A stretch of 60,578 bases of DNA, counting the filler. It is 4 parts of 4 records of this genome, joined end to end, with 100 filler letters (N's around TTAATTAATTAA, not from the genome) between each part and the next. Parts side by side here need not be neighbours in the genome. Positions count along the whole stretch, not along the records: positions 1 to 31,060 come from SRR20825006_890; 3 more parts are not named here. The stretch is one strand, 5' to 3'. The position numbers were made by a program, and so were the translations under genes. How positions within the stretch are numbered: the stretch's first letter is position 1; the number at the start of each line of letters is the position of its first letter. This document shows positions 10,684 through 19,250 of the stretch, one piece after another. Under the pieces are notes generated by a model. It worked only from the letters and a program-made list of their open reading frames with translations, was not told where the DNA came from and did no database searches.

Positions 10684-10741
10684 TCTGGATCTGAAGTTTA
10701 TCTCACGGCTCAAAGCGGTCGTGATGCGCTTCAGATCCAGA
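10684..10741. repeat. Long inverted repeat between convergent genes (bidirectional terminator or MITE-like element)
   Basis: TCTGGATCTGAAG (10684-10696) / CTTCAGATCCAGA (10729-10741), perfect 13 bp, with additional inner pairing. Confidence 0.55.
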
Positions 10742-10748
10742 AATCAGT

Positions 10749-11195
10749 TTAGCTTTTGCTGTTCCATGATCTCGTCTGATCGCCTTCTGTGCTCGCAGCA
10801 TTCCAATGCGATTTTCCGAAGGAAGAACTGGACGCTGCAGAGTTCCACGAGGACTTTTGATCCGATGATGTCGTCGCGCTTGAGTTCCAGTGTGACTTTT
10901 GGCCCGAGGAACTGGTTGTCGCGGTTGACGTGTTGGCATCGGTTGAGGGTGGCTTGCGTAGTGTCGCCATGAGCTTCTCGTCTGGCGGTGCGTTGAGGAG
11001 TGCTGTGAGTGTTGGATTTCTCTCAACCGAGTTCGGGTTAGGGCTGCGGGGCGCCGCCGGACTGCCCAGGTCAAGTACAGGGGTGTTCAGGTCACTGCTG
11101 CGTGAAGGCGGGCGGTTGCTTGTACTCGGCGAGGTTGGTGGTTCTGGCTGAAGTTCCCAGAAGTTCGGACTATCTGAACGTATTGTAGGGATCAT
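10749..11195 (-). CDS. Orphan Ser/Pro/Thr-rich disordered protein with four C-terminal 13-14 aa tandem repeats
   Basis: AGGA RBS 7 nt before the ATG and an AT-rich upstream region; the ORF fills the gap between TauE and the aspartic protease; in-frame repeats KSHWNS / KSSWNS / KSHWNA / TRSWNS. Confidence 0.65.
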   Translation of the reverse strand: MIPTIRSDSPNFWELQPEPPTSPSTSNRPPSRSSDLNTPVLDLGSPAAPRSPNPNSVERNPTLTALLNAPPDEKLMATLRKPPSTDANTSTATTSSSGQKSHWNSSATTSSDQKSSWNSAASSSSFGKSHWNAASTEGDQTRSWNSKS

Positions 11196-11303
11196 AATAT
11201 TTTCCTGTTTATTGACTTTAAGGAAAATGATTTGCTTTTAAATTCGGAATAATAAAATCAATATTTACAATAATATTGCTTCAGCATGATGGTGTGTGTT
11301 TTT

Positions 11304-12005
11304 TTATTCCGTCAGACGCAATTCATCCGCGCGTATATCGACGACGGAAAGCGTTGACAGGAAACTCATGCCCAGCAAACTTTCGGATAGTCTACCCTCG
11401 CTGGCCACCATAGCGGGAATGTTGCGCCTGGTGATGGAACCGATCGTGACTTCATCCAGCCTCACCGGAGCGGCCATGGCCGTGCCGTTGGCTGTCTGTA
11501 CCATCATCGTATAGCTGAGTGTATCCGCGGCGATGCCTGCCTTTCGGGCATCGTTCTCCGTCAGCGTGATTCGGCTTGCACCGGTATCGACCATCATCGG
11601 CAGGTCGGTTCCGTTGACCTTGGCAGTCACTGCGAAGTGTCCATCGCGACGCTTGCCTATGATCACTTGCTGGCGGCCGTCAGCTGCTGATGTCGTTACT
11701 GCCATGCCCGGCACAAGGCCACCCAGAATACGTGTTCCAAAATCGTGGAAATCATGCCGGAAAATATATCCCATGGCGACGATCAGAAGGACAGCAGCCC
11801 AGATAAGCAGATTCTTGAACATTTCGCCCATATCGCGGCGGCTTTGCAGAAAACCGGCTGAAAACAAAAGCAGAATTGGCACCAGCCAGAGGCCCTCTGC
11901 AAAGTCGTTGCTGTCAACGCCAAGCGTGGTGCCATCGCCGCCGGTGATCATCAGCAGGATCGTGCCAATGGCTACGATGGCGATCAGAATCCAGAAAAGG
12001 CGCAC
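11304..12005 (-). CDS. TIGR02281 family clan AA aspartic protease (membrane-anchored)
   Basis: Three N-terminal TM segments, DGHF, catalytic VDTGAS, VQTANG flap and SLLGMSFL. Confidence 0.92.
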   Translation of the reverse strand: MRLFWILIAIVAIGTILLMITGGDGTTLGVDSNDFAEGLWLVPILLLFSAGFLQSRRDMGEMFKNLLIWAAVLLIVAMGYIFRHDFHDFGTRILGGLVPGMAVTTSAADGRQQVIIGKRRDGHFAVTAKVNGTDLPMMVDTGASRITLTENDARKAGIAADTLSYTMMVQTANGTAMAAPVRLDEVTIGSITRRNIPAMVASEGRLSESLLGMSFLSTLSVVDIRADELRLTE

Positions 12006-12056
12006 AGCCGATCTCCCATTTTTTCTGGTGTTTTTGCTCCTGGGGAGTATCGGTGT

Positions 12057-12833
12057 TCAGATGGAAATGGCAAGGGTGACAAGAAAGACGGTCTCGCCAA
12101 GCTGAGCTGTTGCGCCGAGTGTATCGCCTGTATGCCCGGCGATCCGGCGGCGCGTAAATCGCGTGAAAGAAAATGCTGCAAGTCCGGCAGTAAATGCTGC
12201 GAAAATAACCGCTACCGGATTCGAAGATATAGCTGTCAGAATAGCCAGAAAGGGCAGGGCTGCTGCACAACCGGTCATGACGTTCTTATCTGAGGGTTGG
12301 CCCAGAGTGGCGGCGGCGCCGTTGTTTTTTGCCGGCCCCAGTGCTCGCCAGTGGAGGAGCATGACGGCGCGCCCGGCGGCGGCGGCTGTGACAAGCGCGC
12401 AGGCAGCAAACGCTGCTCCCGCACTGGCCGTTCCAGCTAAGGCTGAGGCTCGAAGGCCGATCGAGAAGATCAATGCCAGAGCGCCATAGGTGCCGATGCG
12501 GCTGTCTTTCATGATCATATGCACGTCTTCTACCGTTTTGCCGCCGAACAGGCCGTCGGCGCAATCGGCCAGGCCGTCTTCATGCAATGCGCCGGTGACC
12601 AGAATATATAGGCTGAGGGCCAGCAGGGCGGCCAGGCTGCCATGGCCGGAAATTGAGAAAATTACAGCGAAAAGTATAGCTGCGGGCAGGGCCGCAAATG
12701 CGCCTGCAAGCGGATAGGCCCACGCCGCCGCTGCACCTGCCGGCTCTTTTGCAAAAAAGTGTGCTGGCACCGGTAAACGTGTCAGAAAGCCGACAGCTTC
12801 TGCCAGATCGGAAATGGTGCGAGTTTTTTTCAT
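12057..12833 (-). CDS. cobS: Adenosylcobinamide-GDP ribazoletransferase (cobalamin synthase)
   Basis: FLTRLP, TGALHEDGLADCADG, IMKDSRIGTYG and GHTGDTLGA motifs. Start at MKKTRT (12833). Confidence 0.93.
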   Translation of the reverse strand: MKKTRTISDLAEAVGFLTRLPVPAHFFAKEPAGAAAAWAYPLAGAFAALPAAILFAVIFSISGHGSLAALLALSLYILVTGALHEDGLADCADGLFGGKTVEDVHMIMKDSRIGTYGALALIFSIGLRASALAGTASAGAAFAACALVTAAAAGRAVMLLHWRALGPAKNNGAAATLGQPSDKNVMTGCAAALPFLAILTAISSNPVAVIFAAFTAGLAAFSFTRFTRRRIAGHTGDTLGATAQLGETVFLVTLAISI

Positions 12834-12972
12834 GGATGACTTGCCTTCACGACGCAGCATTTTTTCGGCTTTGTGTTGAGAACCGGCTTATTGCAATTTA
12901 TGAAACCTATCAAATTCATTCCCGGCGGGAACCTTTGGCTTCCGCCGCGCCTTCACTGAGGATCATCCTGCC

Positions 12973-13992
12973 ATGACTGAAAACGGCCAGCCATTTGACG
13001 ATTTCCGTGCGTTGATCGATGCGCTTCCCGGCGCAGACACGCCTGCACTTTCAGCAGCACGCAAGCGCAACAGCCTGCTCACCAAGCCTGAAGGTTCCCT
13101 TGGCCGGCTTGAGGAGATCGCGATGTGGCTGGCGGCATGGAGCGGCCGTGCGCCTGCCGTCAACCGGCCGATGGTCGCTGTTTTTGCAGGCAATCATGGC
13201 ATTGCGGCCCGGGACGTTTCGCCGTATCCGGCAACGGTAACGCAGCAAATGGTGGAGAATTTTGCGGCAGGCGGTGCGGCCATTAATCAGATCTGTGCCA
13301 ATGTTGATCTCAGTCTCAAGATTTTCGATCTGGCTTTGGACTATCCAACAGGCGATATCACCTCAGAACCGGCATTGTCCGAGCGCGATTGCGCTGCGAC
13401 CATGGCTTACGGCATGGAATCGGTGGCCGGTGGCGTTGATCTGCTGTGTCTTGGTGAAATGGGTATCGGCAACACCACCGTTGCCGCGGCCATTTGCTAC
13501 GGCCTTTATGGTGGTTCTGCGGCTGATTGGGTCGGTCCGGGGACCGGTGCGGAGGGTGAAATGCTGGAGCGCAAGATCGCTGCGGTTGAAGAGGCTGTTG
13601 CTTTTCACAAGGATCATCTTTCCGATCCGCTGGAACTTTTGCGCCGTCTTGGCGGGCGGGAGTTTGCCGCAATTGCCGGTGCCATCATTGCCGCACGTAT
13701 GCAGAAGGTGCCTGTGCTTCTGGATGGCTACGTGGTGACGGCGGCAGCGGCTGTGCTGAAGGCGGCAAACCCTGCAGCGCTGGATCATTGCCTGATCGGT
13801 CATGTTTCGGCTGAGCCGGGCCACCTGAAGCTGGTTCAGAAGCTTGGCAAGACGCCTCTTCTGGCGCTTGGTATGCGGCTTGGCGAAGGCACCGGTGCCG
13901 CACTTGCGGCGAGCCTGGTGAAGTCTGCTGCCGCCTGCCATACCGGTATGGCAACATTTGAGGAGGCGGGTGTTTCAAACCGCAGTTCCTAA
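12973..13992 (+). CDS. cobT: Nicotinate-nucleotide--dimethylbenzimidazole phosphoribosyltransferase
   Basis: LTKPEGSLGRLE, FAGNHG, GEMGIGNTT, MRLGEGTGA and MATFEEAGVS. Confidence 0.96.
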   Translation: MTENGQPFDDFRALIDALPGADTPALSAARKRNSLLTKPEGSLGRLEEIAMWLAAWSGRAPAVNRPMVAVFAGNHGIAARDVSPYPATVTQQMVENFAAGGAAINQICANVDLSLKIFDLALDYPTGDITSEPALSERDCAATMAYGMESVAGGVDLLCLGEMGIGNTTVAAAICYGLYGGSAADWVGPGTGAEGEMLERKIAAVEEAVAFHKDHLSDPLELLRRLGGREFAAIAGAIIAARMQKVPVLLDGYVVTAAAAVLKAANPAALDHCLIGHVSAEPGHLKLVQKLGKTPLLALGMRLGEGTGAALAASLVKSAAACHTGMATFEEAGVSNRSS

Positions 13993-14129
13993 AGTAAAAT
14001 CAAAATCCTATCGTGTCTTAGAAGTGTCACGCATACGTGGCAGATTGCATCGAATTTGTGCCGCCGGAAGTGGCGGCACATCTGTATTTGACAAGCGTTT
14101 CAGCATCATGATTGTCGAGAGGAAACGAA

Positions 14130-14498
14130 ATGGCGCACGGTCCCGTCAACAAGGAAAAAGGCGTTCGTCATCTCGTTGCTGCAAGCCGGTATTCCTTTCA
14201 GGGGTTCGCCCGATTGCTTCGGGAAGAGGCATTTCGTCATGAATTGCTGGGCTTTGCAATCGGCCTGATCGTGTTCTTCCTTGCCGGGGCTTCTGCCACA
14301 CAGTTCATGGTGTTCATCATTTTGATGTTGGCGCTCTTTGCTGCCGAAGCACTGAATACTGCGGTTGAGGAAATCGTTGACCGTGTTTCGCCGGAACGCT
14401 CCGTGGAGGGCAAACACGCCAAGGATTTAGGCTCCTTCGCGACCTTTTGCCTGATCTGCTGCAACATCATTTACGCCATTGCCGTGGTGTTTTTCTGA
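14130..14498 (+). CDS. dgkA: Diacylglycerol kinase
   Basis: YSFQG, EEAFRHE, EALNTAVEEIVD and AKDLGS motifs; 3 TM. Confidence 0.93.
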   Translation: MAHGPVNKEKGVRHLVAASRYSFQGFARLLREEAFRHELLGFAIGLIVFFLAGASATQFMVFIILMLALFAAEALNTAVEEIVDRVSPERSVEGKHAKDLGSFATFCLICCNIIYAIAVVFF

Positions 14499-14521
14499 GA
14501 CATCATGGCGGTGGCCCTTCT

Positions 14522-15025
14522 TCATGGGCGTGGATGCCGGTAAACCAGAGTGGCAGGTTCCGGACGGCGGGCATTGTCATCCCGTTTTGCACCAAGGCGC
14601 TCGGCCAGTTTGATCGAGCGGTGATTTTCCGGGTCGATATAGCTGACCAGCGTTGAAAGGTTCAGTGCGGTGAACGCCCAGTCCCGCATGGCTGTCGCAG
14701 CTTCAAAGGCGTAACCTTTGCCCTCGACATGCGGATAGACAAGCCATCCTATTTCATGTTCGGGAAACATCGGCCCGGCATTGATAGCCACCTGTCCGAG
14801 GCTTTCGCCGCTGTCTTTCAGATCGAACATCAGCGCACCATGGCCGAACAGGTTCCATTGCGCGACATCATTGCAGAACATGCCCCATGCGTTTTGTCTG
14901 GAGTGAGGGCCACCCATGAAGCAGGCACGGTCCGATTCCATCAATGCACAGTAGTCCGGCCAATCCGCCATGGTTGCAGGGCGCAGATGCAGTCTTTCTG
15001 TTTCAATTTTTGGAATATCAGTCAT
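14522..15025 (-). CDS. GNAT family N-acetyltransferase (RimJ/RimL-like)
   Basis: IETERLHLRP, EIGW, GKGYAFEAA and NHRSIKLAERLG. Confidence 0.88.
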   Translation of the reverse strand: MTDIPKIETERLHLRPATMADWPDYCALMESDRACFMGGPHSRQNAWGMFCNDVAQWNLFGHGALMFDLKDSGESLGQVAINAGPMFPEHEIGWLVYPHVEGKGYAFEAATAMRDWAFTALNLSTLVSYIDPENHRSIKLAERLGAKRDDNARRPEPATLVYRHPRP

Positions 15026-15042
15026 TGCGTATCTCGCATCTA

Positions 15043-16842
15043 TCAGGCGGCATTGGCTGCTTTGGGCGAATGTCTTGCCGTTTCTGCATCAAGTGCGGCG
15101 ATAATCTCTGCCTCCAGCACCATTTCAAGTTTTGGATCGGCAATGATGTGATCTTCATCCTCAGGGCTTGTATTGAAGAGGCTATGCCAGTGATCATCAT
15201 TGGCGCTCGAATAATGGCATTGGGCAAGTTCAACGTTCAGATGCTCTTCAAGGCAAGCAAACCCGTTGTCCTCCTCGATCTCGTGCGCCTCGATTTCCAT
15301 GCTGTCGGCCTCAAAGGGCAAGGTGCTGGCATGACGCACTGGCATTTGCAGTGTTGTTTCCCGATCTTCGATCCATTCCGAGGCAATGTTGGTTATGCGC
15401 TTCATCGGAAAACTCACAACGGCAAGTGTGCCGCTATGAGGAGCTGTTTCCAGCGTCAGTTCGGCGTCATGGGCCAGGGCAAGCTGGTTGACGATGGAAA
15501 GGCCAAGGCGGAATCCGTCGGTGCCGGTCGTATCGCTTCCGCGTCGGAATGCTGTGGTTGCAGTTTTCTTTGTTTCCTCATCCATGCCGCAGCCATAGTC
15601 GCGCACGCAGAGCAACTGGCCGCCTTGTTCTGTCCAGCCTGCTCCGATGACAATCTCGGAGTTGCTGGGGGAAAACTTGACCGCGTTGGAAATCAGATTG
15701 ATCAGGATCTGTTTGAGCGCACGTTCATCTGCATGAAGCGGTTTCATGTTCTCATCTTCTTCAAGCAGGATCGTAATACCGCGCAGCTCTGCTTCTGGCC
15801 GAACCATCATGGCAGAAGCTCTGACGATGTCTGCCAGAAAAACAGGCTTTTCCTGAAGGCGGTATCCGCCGGCCTCCAGGCGTGACAGATCCAGCACGCC
15901 CTCAATCATATCAAGCAGGTGGTGGCCTGATCTGTGAATATCTTCAGCGTAACTCAGATAATGCGGATTACCGACTGCTCCCATCATTTCGTCCTTCATG
16001 ACCTCGGAGAAGCCGATGATGGCATTCAGTGGTGTGCGCAGGTCATGCGACATCGCCGCCAGAAAAGCGGCTTTTGAGCGGTTGGCGCAAGCCGCCGCCG
16101 CTGTTGCGCTTTCGGCCTGTTCAATGCTCAAGGCAAGGTCTTGATTGATCTCGTCCTTTTCGCTTTCTGCATTCTGAATTCGCCTGACGTGCTCATTCAG
16201 CTTAGCCTGCACGAAGGCGACAAGAAGCATGATCATGGCAAGGACGCTGGCAAAGGCGATATCAAAAGCTGTACGTTCGAGATAAGCCACCAGAGCGAAA
16301 GCGATCACCGCGGGTGCAAATATGTGAAATGTAGCGTGCCGGATAACTGTGGCGCCCAGCGCGAGCGACGTCAGTGCGACAATCACCATGGCCCCTTTGA
16401 AAAACGGAAAAGCTACGCCGGAGCAGGTGTCGCACTGAAACCACGCCAGAAGCGCCCATCCGCCTGCCGCGACCCACAGAGCGGCAGTGATGTGGATGGA
16501 CCATTTTTCAAAACAGCGGTCATTCGAGCCTGACAGACGGGCCTTGCGGCAAATGATGAAGCCTGCTGCCGTCAAGGCAAGGGCGGTCAGCGCCCATAGC
16601 AGGATGGTAAGGTCGCGACCGAGATAGAGAAGGCCAATTACCGTTACCGCGATAAGGCCGGCGATGACGGACATGTTTTTTTCTATTCCGAAAAACGCAT
16701 CACTATAGTCGCAGCCACTGTTCTGAATGCCGCTTTCTCCTGACATGGTGTCACCGATGTCAGGTTTCGACGTCAAGAATCTGGACATTGCTTCAATCTG
16801 TGCCGTCATCGTTTCAAAGCGTTGCAGCATGGCCATCCCCAT
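15043..16842 (-). CDS. Membrane sensor histidine kinase (PleC/DivJ-like HisKA + HATPase) with acidic C-terminal tail
   Basis: Several TM helices; H-box MSHDLRTPLNAIIGFSE, N-box QILINLISNAVKF, D-box DYGCGM; degenerate G2 box GFRLG. Start uncertain. Confidence 0.85.
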   Translation of the reverse strand: MGMAMLQRFETMTAQIEAMSRFLTSKPDIGDTMSGESGIQNSGCDYSDAFFGIEKNMSVIAGLIAVTVIGLLYLGRDLTILLWALTALALTAAGFIICRKARLSGSNDRCFEKWSIHITAALWVAAGGWALLAWFQCDTCSGVAFPFFKGAMVIVALTSLALGATVIRHATFHIFAPAVIAFALVAYLERTAFDIAFASVLAMIMLLVAFVQAKLNEHVRRIQNAESEKDEINQDLALSIEQAESATAAAACANRSKAAFLAAMSHDLRTPLNAIIGFSEVMKDEMMGAVGNPHYLSYAEDIHRSGHHLLDMIEGVLDLSRLEAGGYRLQEKPVFLADIVRASAMMVRPEAELRGITILLEEDENMKPLHADERALKQILINLISNAVKFSPSNSEIVIGAGWTEQGGQLLCVRDYGCGMDEETKKTATTAFRRGSDTTGTDGFRLGLSIVNQLALAHDAELTLETAPHSGTLAVVSFPMKRITNIASEWIEDRETTLQMPVRHASTLPFEADSMEIEAHEIEEDNGFACLEEHLNVELAQCHYSSANDDHWHSLFNTSPEDEDHIIADPKLEMVLEAEIIAALDAETARHSPKAANAA

Positions 16843-16973
16843 CCTTCCGTGCTTTCTACCATAGGAACGAATTGTTAAGAAATGCTTCTCGTCAACGCTT
16901 TATTAGCTTTGTTTTTTAAGGCGGCGGTAACGGTCTGGTATTTCGGTCCGCAATGCTGGGGTGTGGAGATCGC

Positions 16974-17606
16974 ATGTATAACGAAACTGATATTGAGTGT
17001 CTGGCCAGCGAAATCGCTGGGTGTCGCATCTGTCGTGACTGCCCGTCTGGCGGGCAAGAAAAGCGGTTACCGCATGAGCCGCGTCCTGTTGCGACACTGT
17101 CGTCCTCTGCCCGTATTCTGATCGCCGGGCAGGCACCGGGTTTAAGGGTTCATGAAACTGGTCTGCCGTTTAATGACCGCTCTGGCGACCGGCTGCGGGA
17201 CTGGCTTGGAGTGGACCGTGCGGCCTTTTATGATGCGAATTGTTTTGCGATCCTGCCGATGGGGTTCTGTTTCCCCGGCTATAATGACAAGGGGCACGAT
17301 CTGCCGCCGCGAAAAGAATGCGCACCGCAATGGCGGGAAAGGGCGCTGGCGGCAATGCCACAGGTTCGGCTGGTTATTGCAATCGGTCAATATGCCCAGA
17401 AGTGGCATATCGGCGCCGGTTGCGAGAAGACACTGACCGAAACCGTGCGGCAGTGGCGCCGGTTTTACTTCACCAACGCCGCTGTAAGGATACTACCGCT
17501 TCCGCACCCCAGCTGGCGCAATACCGGCTGGCTTAAGAAGAACCCCTGGTTTGAGAGTGAAGTCTTGCCGGTTCTGAAGCGCGCTGTTCAGGAGATGACA
17601 GGCTGA
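16974..17606 (+). CDS. Uracil-DNA glycosylase family protein
   Basis: CRIC, GQAPG, PMGFCFPG, DLPPRKEC and LPHPSWRN; GGAG RBS before the ATG at 16974. Confidence 0.9.
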   Translation: MYNETDIECLASEIAGCRICRDCPSGGQEKRLPHEPRPVATLSSSARILIAGQAPGLRVHETGLPFNDRSGDRLRDWLGVDRAAFYDANCFAILPMGFCFPGYNDKGHDLPPRKECAPQWRERALAAMPQVRLVIAIGQYAQKWHIGAGCEKTLTETVRQWRRFYFTNAAVRILPLPHPSWRNTGWLKKNPWFESEVLPVLKRAVQEMTG

Positions 17607-17669
17607 GACGGGCTTTCAATCCTTACCAAATCTGCTATGAAAAAGAATAAATTTTCATGGAGAGGTGAA

Positions 17670-18155
17670 ATGGATCGTCTGGACAGAAAAATTTTGCGCC
17701 TGTTGCAGGGCGATACTACGCTTGCTGTTGCTGATATCGGCAAGAAGGTCGGGCTTTCGACGACGCCGTGCTGGCGCCGTATCCAGAAGATGGAGGAGGA
17801 GGGCGTTATCAAGGGGCGGGTGGCGCTGCTTGATCCCGAAAAGGTCAATGCCAATGTCACCGTCTTCGTGTCGATCCGCACCAACACGCATTCCGTTGAG
17901 TGGTTACGCCGGTTTTCCGAGGTAATTGCCGGTTTCCCCGAAGTGCTCGAATTTTACCGGATGAGTGGCGATGTCGATTATCTGCTTCGGGTCGTGGTGC
18001 CGGATATCGGTGCTTATGATGTGTTCTATAAAAAGCTGATTGAGAAAATAGAAATCCGTGATGTTTCATCGTCCTTCGCCATGGAGCAGATCAAGTTTTC
18101 TACCGAGCTTCCGCTCGACTATATGCAGCTGGAAAACGGCAAGAGCGGTGATTGA
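17670..18155 (+). CDS. Lrp/AsnC family transcriptional regulator (DecR-like)
   Basis: MDRLDRKIL...VGLSTTPCWRRIQKMEEEGVI HTH; YRMSGDVDYLLRV effector domain. Confidence 0.92.
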   Translation: MDRLDRKILRLLQGDTTLAVADIGKKVGLSTTPCWRRIQKMEEEGVIKGRVALLDPEKVNANVTVFVSIRTNTHSVEWLRRFSEVIAGFPEVLEFYRMSGDVDYLLRVVVPDIGAYDVFYKKLIEKIEIRDVSSSFAMEQIKFSTELPLDYMQLENGKSGD

Positions 18156-18252
18156 TCAGCAATGCCTTTATCTTGATGCCAGCCGGTTGGCTTGCTAGGG
18201 GACATGGCAAAGTGGTGCGACGTACCGGGATTTTCAGCAGAGGCTCCGCGAC

Positions 18253-19113
18253 ATGAAGCAGCAGATGCATGATGAAGATGCGTCGAACGTCCAGGAAAAG
18301 GGGCCGCTGGGCTTCGTTACATTCCGCAGCTATAACCATCATGGCCATCACATTGTCTGGCGTGCGCGGGATCACCGCAAGGGACTTCGTCCGCGTGATC
18401 GGTTGCGCGATGCCGGTGCCAGTCCCGTCTGGCAGACTTATCGTTACAACTGGGTGATGGGGCTGGTTTTTGCGCTTGGCTCTTTTCTGTTCATGCTCGG
18501 CAGCGTGATGGCGTTGATGCCTGAGTACATCATGAAAATCCCGGCTCTGATGGCGAATATCACATTTTTTGCCGGTTCTGTTCCTTTTACAACAGCCGGT
18601 TTTCTGCAGAACTTTCAGGCAGCAAATGCAAAAGTCTTCTCTCTGGAAGATGCAGCCAGCGGCAAGCGAATTCGCCCGGCCTTGCTCGGCTGGCAGCCGG
18701 GCAGCCTTGGCTGGTTGAGTGCAATCACGCAGTTCATCGGCACCATCGCGTTTAACTTCAATACGTTTGATGCCATCAAGGCCCCGTCCGGCCAAGTGGC
18801 GCAGGATCTCGTGATCTGGCTTCCGGGCATGATCGGATCGGTTCTGTTTCTGGTCTCGGCCTATCTTGCGGTGATGGAGACCTGTCATTCCCATTTCGAT
18901 TTCAAACCGAAAGAAATTGCCTGGTGGATCGTCATGGTGAATTTTGTCGGCTGTATCTTCTTCATGATTGCCTCGACGCTGGCCTATGTGCCGCATGGTC
19001 ATGAGGCTGACTGGATCATTCCAGTTTCCAACGTCAATCTCTGGGCCGGGGCGTTCTGCTTTTTCGTGGCCGCTGTTTTGGCGATGCGTGAGGCGCGGCT
19101 GGCCATGTCGTGA
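18253..19113 (+). CDS. Hypothetical integral membrane protein (YrhK-like repeats)
   Basis: About 6 hydrophobic helices with recurring 'F..GS..F' / 'G..FF' motifs; His-rich N-terminal segment. Confidence 0.7.
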   Translation: MKQQMHDEDASNVQEKGPLGFVTFRSYNHHGHHIVWRARDHRKGLRPRDRLRDAGASPVWQTYRYNWVMGLVFALGSFLFMLGSVMALMPEYIMKIPALMANITFFAGSVPFTTAGFLQNFQAANAKVFSLEDAASGKRIRPALLGWQPGSLGWLSAITQFIGTIAFNFNTFDAIKAPSGQVAQDLVIWLPGMIGSVLFLVSAYLAVMETCHSHFDFKPKEIAWWIVMVNFVGCIFFMIASTLAYVPHGHEADWIIPVSNVNLWAGAFCFFVAAVLAMREARLAMS

Positions 19114-19166
19114 GGTGTCCACATGGTTGAGTGTGGGTTTACGGAAGGCCAAAATTTCTTTATTGA

Positions 19167-19191
19167 GCGGCCTCGTTTAGGCCGCCTTTTT
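19167..19191 (+). terminator. Rho-independent terminator upstream of thrS
   Basis: GCGGCCT-cgttt-AGGCCGC followed by a T-run. Confidence 0.55.
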
Positions 19192-19250
19192 CATCAGAAG
19201 GCATTTTGACCACCCGCATTCGTTGGCGGGACTGGCTTTAGGAGTGACGC

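Noticed and set aside
10755..10925. 39-42 nt periodic repeats as a CRISPR array
   Set aside because: The units are degenerate, in-frame coding repeats with no identical repeat/unique spacer structure and no cas genes.
12834..12972. Cobalamin riboswitch between cobS and cobT
   Set aside because: The gap is short and I could not find a B12-box or the conserved core.
14944..15885. 313-aa plus-strand ORF
   Set aside because: Antisense shadow of the histidine kinase.
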